A DNA stretch of 64,000 nt. It comes from Candidatus Latescibacterota bacterium. Its GTDB lineage: Bacteria > Krumholzibacteriota > Krumholzibacteriia > WVZY01 > JAKEHA01. The DNA lies in the NCBI GenBank assembly GCA_963707635.1, contig OY970173.1:608001-672000 (forward strand), written 5' to 3'. The stretch's first letter is position 1, and each line of letters begins with the position of its first letter. The notes beneath the pieces are model-generated. The model saw only the letters and a program-made list of their open reading frames with translations, had not been told where the DNA came from and made no database searches. Position numbers and translations under genes: made by a program. This document shows, piece after piece, positions 18,419 to 29,146 of the stretch.

Positions 18419-19814
18419 GTGAAACACGCCGTGTCCGGCACGCTGGTCGTTCTCGTCGCCACACTGCTCGCGCCGTCGTGCGCGCGCCAGCCCAAGGTCA
18501 CGCCCCAGGAAGCCCGCAGCATCGCGAAAGAGGCGTATGTCTGGGCCTACCCGATGGTCGAGAACTACAAGGTCATGTACGTGTATTCGGTCTACAAGGC
18601 TCCGGACAACCCGGAGTACAAGGCACCGTTCAACGTCATCTCGAATACGGCGCGCGTGTTCACGCCGGCCGACTCGACCGTCCAGACCCCCAATTCGGAC
18701 ACGCCATACTCGATGGTGTGGATCGACCTGCGCGCCGAGCCGGTCGTGATCACGGTCCCGGACGTCGAGCCCGGGCGCTACTACTCGGCTCCAGTTCATC
18801 GACCTATATACCTTCAACTTCGACTACATCGGGACGCGCGCGACTGGAAACAAGGGCGGGAGCTATCTCATTGCGGGACCGGGCTGGAAGGGGACTGCCC
18901 CCGCCGGCGTTGCGAAGGTGATCCCGTGTGAGACCGAGTTTGCGCTGGCCGTGTTTCGCACCCAGCTCTTCCAACCCGACGACATCGAGAACGTGAAGGC
19001 GATCCAGGCTGGATACGGCGTGCAGCCCTTGAGTCAGTTCAGCGGCACCGAAGCGCCAAAAGGACCCGAGGGAATGATCTTCCCGCCGTACTCGCGCGAG
19101 AACGCCGCGTCGGCCAAGTTCTTCAGCTACGTCAATTTCCTCCTGCCGTTCTGCCCGGCGCATCCGAGCGAGGTGGAGCTGCGCACGCGCATGGCGAAGA
19201 TCGGCATCGTGCCCGGCAAGGTGTTCGACACCTCGTTCATGAACAAGGATCTGCTCGCCGCCATCGAGGCGGGGATTGCCGACGGCCGCGCGGCCATCGA
19301 CTCCACGATCGGAGCCAACACGACGGCGGCGGCGGACTGCTTCGGGACGCGCGAGTACCTGAAGAACGATTACATGAAGCGCGCGATCGCCGCGAAGATG
19401 GGCCTGTACGGGAATTCGAAGGAGGAAGCGCTCTATCCGCTGTACCGGGCAGACTCCGGCGGGCAGCCGCTCTCCGGCAGCCACGCGTACACGCTCCACT
19501 TCGGGCCGGACGGGCTCCCGCCCGTGAACGCATTCTGGTCGGTCACGATGTACGACGCGAAGCGGATGACACTGGTGGAAAACCCCATCAATCGTTATCT
19601 CGTCAATTCGCCGATGTTGCCGGATCTCGCACACGACAAGGACGGCGGGCTCACGCTCTACGTGCAGCACGAATCGCCGGGCAAGGCGAAGGAGCCGAAC
19701 TGGCTCCCGTCGCCGGCGGGGCCGTTCTACGTGGCGATGCGACTCTACCTGCCGAAACCCGAGGCGCTGGACGGGACCTGGAAAGAACCGCCGATGGTCA
19801 GCGCCGGAAAGTGA
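18419..19814 (+). CDS. DUF1254/DUF1214 lipoprotein (frameshift near 18788)
   Basis: AYVWAYPMV, TPNSDTPYS, PPVNAFWSVTMYD, NWLPSP, MRLYLP. Removing one G restores YYSLQFIDLY. Confidence 0.9.
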
Positions 19815-19821
19815 GCTCACG

Positions 19822-20451
19822 ATGAGACGTTATTCGATTTTCGTGGTCTGGGTGTTGCTCGCCTTCGCATTCGTCCTGCCCCCGTGCGTCGTTCGAGCCG
19901 AAACCGTGCTGGGCGTTCGCGGCGGCGCCACCTTCTCCTCCCTCTCCATCGAGGACTCGTACCCCGGGGTCGAATACTCGAATCGAGACGGATTCATGAT
20001 GGGCGTGAGCGCCGGCATCACGGTCAAGGAGTGGTTGTGGCTTCGCTTCGAGCCTTCCTATGTGCAGAAGGGCGTCGTCGTGGACTGGCCGGCGGGCGCC
20101 GATTCCCTCGACAACACGCAGGAGTACGCCTATGTGATGCTTCCGATCAATGCGAAGGCGGAGGCCAGCCTGGGACCCGTGAATCCTTTTGGTGTGATGG
20201 GGTTCGCGCTCGGGTTCGTGGCGAGCAAGGCGACCGTGTTGAAAAACGGAATGCCCTATCCGGAGCCGGACATGAAGGAAGTGGACTTCACGCTCGACCT
20301 TGGCGCCGGGGTCGAGATCCCGGCCGGTTCGCTGGAATTCGTCGTCGAAGCGCGTTATTCGCTCGGGCTGGCCGATATTTCCCCCGAAAACGCATCATCC
20401 ACCAAGACGAAGACGTGGATGATCATGGGCGGCGTGGATTTCAAGCTCTAG
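19822..20451 (+). CDS. Outer-membrane beta-barrel (porin/PorT-like) protein
   Basis: Signal peptide; GVRGGATFS, EPSYVQKG, EARYSLGL; C-terminal GVDFKL. Confidence 0.8.
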   Translation: MRRYSIFVVWVLLAFAFVLPPCVVRAETVLGVRGGATFSSLSIEDSYPGVEYSNRDGFMMGVSAGITVKEWLWLRFEPSYVQKGVVVDWPAGADSLDNTQEYAYVMLPINAKAEASLGPVNPFGVMGFALGFVASKATVLKNGMPYPEPDMKEVDFTLDLGAGVEIPAGSLEFVVEARYSLGLADISPENASSTKTKTWMIMGGVDFKL

Positions 20452-20467
20452 TTCGCGCAGATCCGCC

Positions 20468-20827
20468 ATGGACAAAGTCAACCTCTCCGAGAAACTTCGT
20501 CAGATCTCCGACCTCTGGAGTCCACGGATCGTGGGCGAGCTTAACGGCCAGCACGTGAAACTCGTTAAGATAAGAGGCGAGTTCATCTGGCACCACCACG
20601 ATGCCGAAGACGAGTTGTTCCTGGTGATCCACGGACGCCTGGACATGCACCTGCGCGACCGCGTCGTCACAATCCGGGAAGGCGAGTTCTTCATCGTCCC
20701 GCGCGGCGTAGAGCACAAGCCGGTCGCGGAGGCGGAAGCCCACATTCTTCTCTTCGAGCCCGCGGGAACCTTGAACACAGGAAATGTGCGCAATGAGCGC
20801 ACGCGCGAGTCGCCGGAGCGGTTGTGA
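20468..20827 (+). CDS. Cupin domain protein
   Basis: GEFIWHHHDAEDELFLV, VPRGVEHKP. Confidence 0.92.
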   Translation: MDKVNLSEKLRQISDLWSPRIVGELNGQHVKLVKIRGEFIWHHHDAEDELFLVIHGRLDMHLRDRVVTIREGEFFIVPRGVEHKPVAEAEAHILLFEPAGTLNTGNVRNERTRESPERL

Positions 20828-20837
20828 TTCCGGCGCG

Positions 20838-21371
20838 CTACCGCGCCAGGTCGAAGTCCGCGTTGGCGGCGTGGTGGTAGATGATCGCCTCCGGGCTCCG
20901 GCGCACGAAGTCCCCTTCCTTCGAGTGCACGGCGATGATGTGCATCACCTCGAAGGGGAGCCCGTGTTTGAACGCCATCGCGACCCCGCTGAACGGGTGA
21001 CGGAGCATGTCGCCGCGGTGGCCCTTGCGGAGCGTCCCGTCGTCGCGCTTCTCGAATTCGATCATCTTCCCGACGTCGGCGAGGAGCGATCCGGCGAGCA
21101 GCACATCCCGGTTGATGGGCATCCGCGCGCCGTAGGACGTCGTGAGCACGTCCGCGATGGCCAGGCACATCCGCGACACGGAGCGCACGTGCCCGAGGAA
21201 CGTGCTGCCCACGCTGTCCACCAGCAGCGTGAACGGCATCTCCTTCATCTCATCGACCGTGAAGCCGCCGGTCTGGAGCGCCTCGATCCACACGTTGACC
21301 ACCTTCTCGCGCAGCGAGGCGTCCTGAATGAGTGCCAGCTCGGGGAGGGCGGAAAAGACATCGTTACGCAT
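20838..21371 (-). CDS. HD-superfamily (HDIG-like) protein with AD in place of HD
   Basis: GHVRSV...LLADVGK...LRHPFSG...HIIAVHS. Confidence 0.8.
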   Translation of the reverse strand: MRNDVFSALPELALIQDASLREKVVNVWIEALQTGGFTVDEMKEMPFTLLVDSVGSTFLGHVRSVSRMCLAIADVLTTSYGARMPINRDVLLAGSLLADVGKMIEFEKRDDGTLRKGHRGDMLRHPFSGVAMAFKHGLPFEVMHIIAVHSKEGDFVRRSPEAIIYHHAANADFDLAR

Positions 21372-22641
21372 GGGACACATCTCCCTGTACGGATCGGGTG
21401 AGGGGCAGATCGACGACGGTCAACGTGACGTCCAGGCCGCCGAGGCGGGCGCGGAGCCTCGTGCCGGCCTGCGCGAGCGGCGCGCGCACGTAGCCCAGGA
21501 ACAGCGCGCGCTTCAAGGCGGGTGACAGCGCGGCCGAGGTGAGGCGGCCGACCGGCTTGCGCGACGCGGCGTCGGGGTACGCCGGCGCCCCCTCCGCGGT
21601 GTCGTCCGCGGCCGACTCCACGTCGCCGTTTGCGAGCGTGAACAGCTCGACCCCCGCGACCGGCGTGTGCTCGAACGCCATCGCTGCGATATCCGCGCGC
21701 GCGTCGTCGTACGAACGCGCCAGCTCCGGCAGCTCCCGCAGGTCCTCGAGTCGCGTCGGATACGCGAGCGACTCCGGCGCGTCGTCGCCGGTCGTTAGTC
21801 CGACCAGCAGCCAGTTGGGGTGACCGCGGTAGTGCATGCGCGCGATCGTTTCCTGCCCGAGATAGCAGCCTTTCTCGTAGCTCACGTGGGTTTCGAGGCG
21901 CGCTTCCGCGGGAAAGTTGTCCTCGGTGACGTCGACGTCGAACCACGGCAGACCGCCTTCGATGCGCCGCGCGTTCCACGCCACGCGCCCCGCGAGTCGC
22001 GCGTCCATGCCGACGCCCCCCTGCACGAGGTAGTCGCGCATGCGCTCGATGTGGTCGCGGTCCACGATCACGTGCAGCCCCTTCTCGCCGGTGATCGAAT
22101 GTCGGATCACGGTGGCGCGCATGCCCTGGTACTCGTTCTCGGTGAACTTGAGTCGCTCGAGCGGCAAGGGCTCGCGGGGGAAGATGCGCCACACGAGGTC
22201 GCGGCTCTTCGGCCCCTCCACCGACAGGACGCCCAATCGGCCGGTGAGGTTTTCGAGCGCGACGTCGTCGGCGATGATGTGGGACTCGAGGGCGTCGGCG
22301 ACGCGGGGCGTCGAGCCCTGGGTCACCAGCACCAGCAGCTCCTGCGCGCGGGCGAGCACCAGCAGCTCCGCCACGACCCGGCCCTTGGTGGTGGTCATCA
22401 GGGCCTGGCACGCGGCGCCGGTCGCGAGGGCGGCGACGTCGTTGGTCACCATTGCATTCAGGAAGCGCATGCGATCCGACCCGGTGAGCCGCAGCACGCC
22501 AACGTGGGAGAGATCGACGAGTGCCACCGCGTGCGTGATGGCTTCGTACTCGAGGCGCGGGTGCGTGAATGCCTGCGGGTAGGGAACGCCGGCCATCGTC
22601 CCGAGCGGGACGTGCTCGGCGCGGTAGAGATCGACGAACAT
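21364..22641 (-). CDS. ygfZ: YgfZ/GcvT-family folate-binding protein
   Basis: LTGSDRMRFLNAMVTND; signature KGCYLGQE; VGRLTSA...LGYV. Confidence 0.85.
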   Translation of the reverse strand: MFVDLYRAEHVPLGTMAGVPYPQAFTHPRLEYEAITHAVALVDLSHVGVLRLTGSDRMRFLNAMVTNDVAALATGAACQALMTTTKGRVVAELLVLARAQELLVLVTQGSTPRVADALESHIIADDVALENLTGRLGVLSVEGPKSRDLVWRIFPREPLPLERLKFTENEYQGMRATVIRHSITGEKGLHVIVDRDHIERMRDYLVQGGVGMDARLAGRVAWNARRIEGGLPWFDVDVTEDNFPAEARLETHVSYEKGCYLGQETIARMHYRGHPNWLLVGLTTGDDAPESLAYPTRLEDLRELPELARSYDDARADIAAMAFEHTPVAGVELFTLANGDVESAADDTAEGAPAYPDAASRKPVGRLTSAALSPALKRALFLGYVRAPLAQAGTRLRARLGGLDVTLTVVDLPLTRSVQGDVSHA

Positions 22642-22642
22642 G

Positions 22643-23161
22643 CTACGCGAGCAGCCGCTCGCGGGCGAGGCGTACCAGCGCGGAGAGCGCGGCCTCTTCG
22701 TCGCGATTGATGGAGCGGAACTTGATGTGGACGACGTGGGCGCCTTCATCCTCGAGCGCCAGCCCGCTGGAGTCGTCGGCGTCGACGTAGTGCACGGACA
22801 GGAGGCAGCCTCCCGCGGACGGCTGAATGCCGCACACCACCTGACTCGACCCGCCGATCGAATAGAACGCCATGCCCACCTGGGCGCTACCGCGGACGTG
22901 CTCTTCGGCGTCGGGGAGAGAGTCCCGAATCAGCGCGCGCAGCCGCGTCGCGAGGTCGCGCACCGTGCGGGCGTGGGGGGCGAGCAGCATCTCGAACGTA
23001 CTGGCGATCGACGCCGAGGCGGGCAACCGCTTGCGGCGGGCGGAGCGGACGACTTTCTTCTTCGCGGGCTTTCGCTTCGCCGGCGCTCTTTTCGACCGGA
23101 CTTTCGCCGCCGCCTTCTTCTTCGGCGTGGGGCGCGATGGCTTCCGCTTTCGAGTGGCCAT
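22643..23161 (-). CDS. DUF1801 (YdhG-like) protein with histone-H1-like basic N-terminus
   Basis: MATRKRK...KKKAAAK...KRKPAKKK, then LATRLRALIRDSLPDAEE...LEDEGAHVVHIKF. Confidence 0.65.
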   Translation of the reverse strand: MATRKRKPSRPTPKKKAAAKVRSKRAPAKRKPAKKKVVRSARRKRLPASASIASTFEMLLAPHARTVRDLATRLRALIRDSLPDAEEHVRGSAQVGMAFYSIGGSSQVVCGIQPSAGGCLLSVHYVDADDSSGLALEDEGAHVVHIKFRSINRDEEAALSALVRLARERLLA

Positions 23162-23163
23162 GG

Positions 23164-23559
23164 TTACACGTCCGCGAGCGTCACGGTCTCGAAGAACTGG
23201 TAGAACCTCTGTTCGAGGCTGGTGAGCCCGTTCTTCACAGTGCAGCGGTCTTCGATGGAGCAGCAGCCGTCGTTGCTGGTGCACATCACCATGTGCACCG
23301 GACCCTCGATCGATTCGAAAATAGCGGCCAGCGTCACATCGGTGGCCGCCTTCGCCATGCGGTAGCCGCCCCCGCTCCCTTTCTGCGCCTCGATGATGCC
23401 GCTCTGCGAGAGACTCTGCAAGACTTTCGCGAGCAGGTTGGGCGGGAGGCTGAAGCGCGTCGCGATGTCCTTCGCGTTGGCGATGTCGCCCTCGGGAAGC
23501 GAGGCGATGTGCTTCAGGGCGATCAGCCCGTAGTCGGTTTTCATGGAAATGCGGATCAT
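23164..23559 (-). CDS. Rrf2-family regulator (IscR-like, Cys-containing)
   Basis: ISMKTDYGLIAL, LAKVLQSL...KGSGGGY, IEGP...CTSNDGCCSIEDRC. Confidence 0.92.
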   Translation of the reverse strand: MIRISMKTDYGLIALKHIASLPEGDIANAKDIATRFSLPPNLLAKVLQSLSQSGIIEAQKGSGGGYRMAKAATDVTLAAIFESIEGPVHMVMCTSNDGCCSIEDRCTVKNGLTSLEQRFYQFFETVTLADV

Positions 23560-23606
23560 AGCGTGCTCCCGCGCGGTGGATTCCGGCCGGCCCCGGCGTC
23601 GCCTAT

Positions 23607-23635
23607 ATAATAATGAGAGACGCCCCCGCTTTCAA
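23607..23635 (-). promoter_or_regulatory. sigma-70 promoter TTGAAA-N17-TATTAT for the Rrf2 operon
   Basis: Near-consensus boxes with a 17-bp spacer. Confidence 0.6.
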
Positions 23636-23671
23636 CGGGTAGCAACGGCCGTGGCGCGAAGCGACGCGGCC

Positions 23672-24805
23672 CTATAAGGAGCGAAAATCCGCGGCGAGCA
23701 ATCGGTGGAAGTGGTGCTCGCCCATCTCGCGTTTGACCGAGTAGCGCCCCTGATCGTAGGACACGGACGCGAGCCCTTTCTGGACCGATTGGCAGATATC
23801 GACGTCTTCCATCTGGACGACGTCGCTCGCCGCGAGGCTTTTTTCCACGAAGGCGTCGTCGCCGGCCAGCGCCGGCAGGAAGTAGTAGTCGAAGATCACC
23901 TCGGTATAATCGTAGCCGCGCGGCAGCACCCAGTTGGTGTCCATCATCGGGCCATAGCGGTTGATCATCAGGTTGGGATAGATCCAGGCGTAGAGCACCC
24001 GATCGCCGATCCGCTCCGCGAAGTCGGCTCCGGAGTTCCCGGCGCCTCCCGCCGCCGCACCTGCTCCGGACTGGATCGAGTAGCGCTCGAAGATCTCGGT
24101 CCGGTACGAGTCCAGGTCGAGCTGGCCCGCGAGTCCCTTGTGCAGATGGCTCACGTGATATCCACCGTCGAGGTAGTTGTCGACGTAGACCTTCCAATTG
24201 CACTCGAGCGTGTACTTGCGCCGCGCGACAAACTGGAGCTTGTCGATCTCCATCTCCCGCAGACGCCGCTCCAGCTCGGTGAGCTCGCCCGCGAGCGGGC
24301 GTGGCGCATCGGACATCGAAATGAACACCAGCCCGCACCACTCGGCCACGCGCATCGGCGTCAGGCCGAATTTCGCGCGGTCGAAGTCTTTCACCGCGCC
24401 CAGCTCGGGCGCTTTGATGAGGCGGCCGTCGAGTCCGTACGTCCAGCCGTGGTACGGGCACACCAGCGACTCCGTGCAGCCGGCGCCCATTGCCACCTGC
24501 GCGGCGTGGTGGCGGCACACGTTGAAAAAGGCGCGCAGCCCTTGGTCCTCCCCGCGGACGACGACGTAGGGCTCGCCCGCCACCGAGCCGGCCACGAAGT
24601 CCCCGATATTCCGCAGCTGGTCGCTCCGCGCGGCGATGAGCCAGTTGTGCTTGAAGACGGTGTCGCGCTCGAGCGCGAAGAAGCGCCCGTCGTTGTACCA
24701 CGACTTGGGCGGGAGCCACGCGGACTCGATGGCGACGGCCGGGTCGAAGCGGCGGACTTCTTCCTGCAGCCAGGCGGTGCGGCGGTCGTGGGTGGGAGCG
24801 CTCAT
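23672..24805 (-). CDS. Rieske non-heme iron oxygenase alpha subunit (choline monooxygenase-like)
   Basis: CRHH...CPYHGW; NWKVYVDNYLDGGYHVSHLH; EDVDIC.SVQ.G. Confidence 0.9.
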   Translation of the reverse strand: MSAPTHDRRTAWLQEEVRRFDPAVAIESAWLPPKSWYNDGRFFALERDTVFKHNWLIAARSDQLRNIGDFVAGSVAGEPYVVVRGEDQGLRAFFNVCRHHAAQVAMGAGCTESLVCPYHGWTYGLDGRLIKAPELGAVKDFDRAKFGLTPMRVAEWCGLVFISMSDAPRPLAGELTELERRLREMEIDKLQFVARRKYTLECNWKVYVDNYLDGGYHVSHLHKGLAGQLDLDSYRTEIFERYSIQSGAGAAAGGAGNSGADFAERIGDRVLYAWIYPNLMINRYGPMMDTNWVLPRGYDYTEVIFDYYFLPALAGDDAFVEKSLAASDVVQMEDVDICQSVQKGLASVSYDQGRYSVKREMGEHHFHRLLAADFRSL

Positions 24806-25032
24806 GCCGGGGAGTCTAGCACGCGCTGGGCGTAAATCTGCGGCGATTGGTCAGGTTCCAACCCTGCCAGTTTTCCAAAGAAGCTGCCCATAAGAACCAA
24901 ACCCGGCCGAACAAGGTTGATATCGCCGGCCCCTCCGGCCAGCAATTTTGACACGTAAGTGAGCAAGAATTCGGCTGAAGGCCGGCATAGAGTCGAATAG
25001 ACTGTACTGGCCTGCACCAGTCGCAAACCGTC

Positions 25033-26024
25033 ATGAAATCCGAATTCCAACTCATCGATGCGTTCGCGCGCCGGATCCGGCGTGGAGGTGGCCGCACGTC
25101 CGGCGTCGTAGTTGGGGTCGGTGACGACGCGGCGGTGCTGCGCTTGAACGCCCGCGAGGATCTCGTCGTCACCACCGATTCGCTGGTCGAGGGCAGCCAC
25201 TTCGAACGGCGGTGGTTTGCGGGTCGCGAGCTCGGGTGGCGGCTGGCCGCGGTGAACTTGAGCGACATCGCGGCAATGGGCGCGCGGCCACGATACGGTC
25301 TCGTGTCTCTCGCCATCCCGCCGGTTCTGAATTCCTCCTATGTCGAAGCCATCGAGCGCGGCGTGGTCGATCATCTCGCGCGGCTACGACGCGGTGGTGG
25401 TCGGCGGCAACGTTGCGTCGACCCGCGGACCGCTGACGCTGGAGCTCACACTCATCGGCTCGTGCGCGCGTGGCCGCGCGTGGCGCCGGCGCGCGAAAGC
25501 CGGCGACGCGATTGTCGTCGCGGGGATGCTGGGCGCCGCGGCCGCGGGCATCTTCACTGCTTCGCAAGAGCAGGCGCGCGGACCCCTCGTGCGCGCGTAC
25601 CGGCAGCCCGACACCGCGCCTGGACGTCGTGCGCGCACTGTCGAGAAGCCGGAGCGTTCGCGGTGCGATCGATGTCAGCGACGGCTTCTCGAGCGATGTC
25701 ATCCACCTCTGCGAGGCGAGCGGAGTCGGATGCGACGTGGCTGGCGCCGCATTCCCGCTATCTCGCGCGGCACGTGCGTTCTGCCGGAAGCGCGGTCTGG
25801 ACCCGGTCCGGTGGGCCCTCCACGCGGGCGAGGACTACGCCCTCATTTTGAGCGTGGCTCCGCAACGTGCAGCCGAGGTTTGTCGTAGAATCCAGCGTGC
25901 CGGTTGCCCGTCCGTCGTGGTGGGTACCTTTACGAGTCGAGCTCGAGTGTACCGGCTGATCGATGGACGCGGCCGCGCGCAACGATTCAAAGCCGGCGGC
26001 TGGGATCACCTGAAGGGAAAGTAG
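25033..26024 (+). CDS. thiL: Thiamine-monophosphate kinase (frameshifts near 25380 and 25615)
   Basis: SEFQLI, VGDDAA, TTDSLVEGSHF, VNLSDIAAMG, IDVSDG, GEDYAL, GWDH. Confidence 0.92.
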
Positions 26025-26035
26025 CTCGCTAGCCA

Positions 26036-26764
26036 ATGACGATGCACTTTGACCGCAAGGGATTCCACAAGACCACCATCGGCGTCTTCGCCGTCTCGCT
26101 TCTTCTCATGGTCGTCGCCGGCCTCGAGAACAGCGTCGCGCCGTGGGCGCCGTTCTATTTCCTGTATATCGGGCTGGCCACCATTCTGCCGCTGCGGTGG
26201 AACACGTACCGCTTCGGCCCCGCGCGCGCCATCCGCTGGTGGATGTGGGCCGTTTGCCCCGTCATCGCGATCCTGCTCCAGGCCGTGGTGAGCGTGGGGA
26301 TCAACGTGATCTACGCGCGCGTGGTGGTCGGCATCGGCGGCCCCGAGCGTCTCGACGATCCCATCATCGCCGTGCCGGCGATGTTTTCCGCCATGTTCGA
26401 CGCGGCGGCGGCGCGTCTCTTGATCCCCGCGAACCACGTTCGGATCGCGTACATGAGTCTCGTCGTCGCGTGGGCGGGTCTAGGCGAGGAGCTGTACTTT
26501 CGCGGCTATGTGCAGGGCGTGCTGCGGGAACGCCATTCGGCGCGCTACGCCATCCTGATGGCGTCGCTCCTCTTCGCGACCCGGCACTACATGCAAATGT
26601 TGCTGCTGCTCCCGAAGTTTCCGATCTTTGCCGCCACCGCGTGGGTCGCGATGGCGGTTCCGGTGGGTATCGTGCTCGGCATCATTTACGAAAAAACGAA
26701 CTCGCTTTGGCTTCCGGTCGCGATCCACTATCTTTTCAACCTGATTCCGTTTCTGGCAGGATAG
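26036..26764 (+). CDS. CPBP (CAAX/Abi) intramembrane metalloprotease
   Basis: GEELYFRG, LFATRH, SLWLPVAIHYLFN; multiple TM helices. Confidence 0.9.
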   Translation: MTMHFDRKGFHKTTIGVFAVSLLLMVVAGLENSVAPWAPFYFLYIGLATILPLRWNTYRFGPARAIRWWMWAVCPVIAILLQAVVSVGINVIYARVVVGIGGPERLDDPIIAVPAMFSAMFDAAAARLLIPANHVRIAYMSLVVAWAGLGEELYFRGYVQGVLRERHSARYAILMASLLFATRHYMQMLLLLPKFPIFAATAWVAMAVPVGIVLGIIYEKTNSLWLPVAIHYLFNLIPFLAG

Positions 26765-26782
26765 CGAACGAAAGGGATTCTC

Positions 26783-28659
26783 GTGACCAGACAGGCCGCT
26801 CTCGCGACTCTTTCATTGGCGCTGCTCGCTTGCGCGAGACACGAACCCATCGCGCCACCGACCGTGGTGGATTTCTCGTATGCGAATCCCGCCCAGGTCG
26901 TGATGACGCACCTCGACCTCGACATCGACGTGGATTTCGACCGTCGCGTCATCTCGGGCACCGCGACCTTCGACCTCGACCATAAGACGGACGCGAACGC
27001 GGTCTACTTCGATACCTGGGCGCTGCGGGTGATGGATGTTACCGCGGATGGCAAGAAGACGCGGTGGACGCTGGGCGACTCGCTGCCGCTCGTCGGGCGG
27101 CCGCTTTCGGTGGCGATCACACCGGAGACGCACCGGGTCGCGGTTCGTTATGAGACCATCGCCGACGCCAGCGGCTGCGGGGCGCAGTGGCTCACCGCGG
27201 CGCAGACCGCGGGGAAGGCGTACCCGTACGTGTACACGCAGTCGCAATCCATCCACGCGCGGTCGTGGGTGCCGTGTCAGGACACGCCGGCGATCCGGTT
27301 CACGTACAACGCCCGCGTTCGCGTGCCGTCGGAACTGATGGCGGTCATGAGTGCGCACAACACCCGCGAAAAGAGCGAGGACGGCGCCTACCAGTTCGAG
27401 ATGAAGCAGCCGATCCCCTCGTACTCTGCTCGCGCTCGCGGTGGGTGACATCGAGTACCGGCCCGATCGGCCCGCGCAGCGGCGTCTACGCAGAGCCGGG
27501 CGTGGTCGACGCAGCCGTGAGCGAGTTTGCCGACCTGGAGAAGATGATCGACACGGCGGAGTCTCTGCTGGGGCCGTATCGCTGGGAACAGTACGACGTG
27601 CTGGTGCTCCCGCCGAGCTTCCCCTACGGCGGCATGGAGAACCCGCGCCTCACGTTCGCCACCCCGGTCCTGCTCGCAGGCGACCGCTCGCTGGTGTCGG
27701 TGATCACCCACGAGCTGTCGCATTCGTGGTCGGGCAACCTGGTCACCAACGCCACCTGGAACGATTTCTGGCTGAACGAAGGCTTCACCACCTACTTCGA
27801 GCGCCGGCTCGACGAGGCGCTCTACGGCAAGGAATACACGGACATGCAGGTGATGCTCGGCAAGCGCGACCTGGACGGCGAGCTCGCGGAGCGGGGGGCG
27901 GGCAACAAGGACACCGCGCTCTACGTCGAGCTGGCCGGTCGCGACCCCGACGAGGTCATGGGCTCCACGCCCTACGAGAAGGGCTACTTCTTCCTGCGCA
28001 TGCTGGAGGAGTCGTTCGGGCGCGAAACGTTCGACGCGTTCCTGCGCCGCTATTTCGACACGCACGCATTCCAGACCATGACCACCGAGCGGTTCGTGGC
28101 CTTCATGAAGCAGGACCTGTTCGCGAACGACGAAGCGAGGTACGTTTCGCTCAAGGTGGACGAATGGATCTACCAGCCCGGGCTCCCATCGAACGCCCCG
28201 GTGCCGCACTCGACGCGCTTCGACCAGGTCGACACGCAGATCACCGCATTCGTGAAGGGAACACCCGCCAAACAGCTCGCGACCGGCGGGTGGACGACGA
28301 ACGAGTGGCAGCGTTTTCTCGACAACCTGCCCCAGCCGCTTCCGGCCGGCCGCCTGCGGGATCTGGACGCCACTTTCCACTTGAGTCAGGCGAATGCGGT
28401 GGTGCAACGCTCGTGGTTTCCGAACGTGATCGCGGCCCGATACCAGCCCGCCTACCCGGCCCTCGAGAACTTTCTGATGACGATCGGCCGGCGCTACCTG
28501 GTGCGGCCGGTGTATCAGAAACTCGCCGAGACGCCCGACGGGATGGAGTTCGCGCGACGGGTGTACGCGGAGGCCCGGCCCGGCTACCATTCGCTGACCA
28601 CGAACGGGATCGATCCGGTGCTGAAGTGGTCGGAGACGACGGGGACGACGACGCCGTGA
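26783..28659 (+). CDS. M1 aminopeptidase / leukotriene-A4-hydrolase-like lipoprotein (frameshifted at ~27425-27465)
   Basis: Lipobox LLAC; ARSWVPCQDTP; PYGGMEN; HELSH-x18-E; PYEKG. Confidence 0.92.
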
Positions 28660-28678
28660 GCCGGGAACAGGAGCCCCG

Positions 28679-29132
28679 ATGAAGGAAACGATCACACGCC
28701 TGCTGAATCACATGCAATGGGCGGACGCGCGGACGCTGGCCGCGTTGCGTGCCGTAACGCCGCCCGCCGAGGCGCTCACGTGGTACGCACACGTCATCGC
28801 GGTCGAACGAGTGTGGTATTTGAGGATGGCGAGCGAGGACTGGAAGGTGCAGAAGGTGTGGCCCAACATGACCCTCGACGAATGCGCGGCGCTCGCGGCG
28901 CGAAACGAGATGCAGGCGAACGGCATCGTGGCACGCCTTTCGGAGCGACGAACTCGCGCGCCGGGTCACCTACGTAAACAGCGCCGGTCGGACCTTTACC
29001 AGCACCGTGGCCGACATGCTCATCCACGTAGCGCTGCACGGTGTTCACCATCGCGGGCAGATCGCGGCGTCGCTGCGGCGCGCGGGCACGGCCCCGCCGG
29101 ATCTCGACTACATAGTCTTCGTGCGGGAATGA
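28679..29132 (+). CDS. DinB-family protein (frameshift near 28945)
   Basis: HMQWAD, AHVIAVERVW; second frame HVALHGVHHRGQIA...DLDYIVF. Confidence 0.85.
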
Positions 29133-29146
29133 GGGGATGATGCAGA

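Noticed and set aside
24806..25032. TPP riboswitch upstream of thiL
   Set aside because: No CTGAGA...CCTGA...AGGGA arrangement on the + strand; only a partial GAACCTGA on the wrong strand.
26036..26764. Abi/CAAX protease as anti-phage or bacteriocin-immunity system
   Set aside because: No precursor peptide, transporter or defence genes nearby; the CPBP family is ubiquitous.
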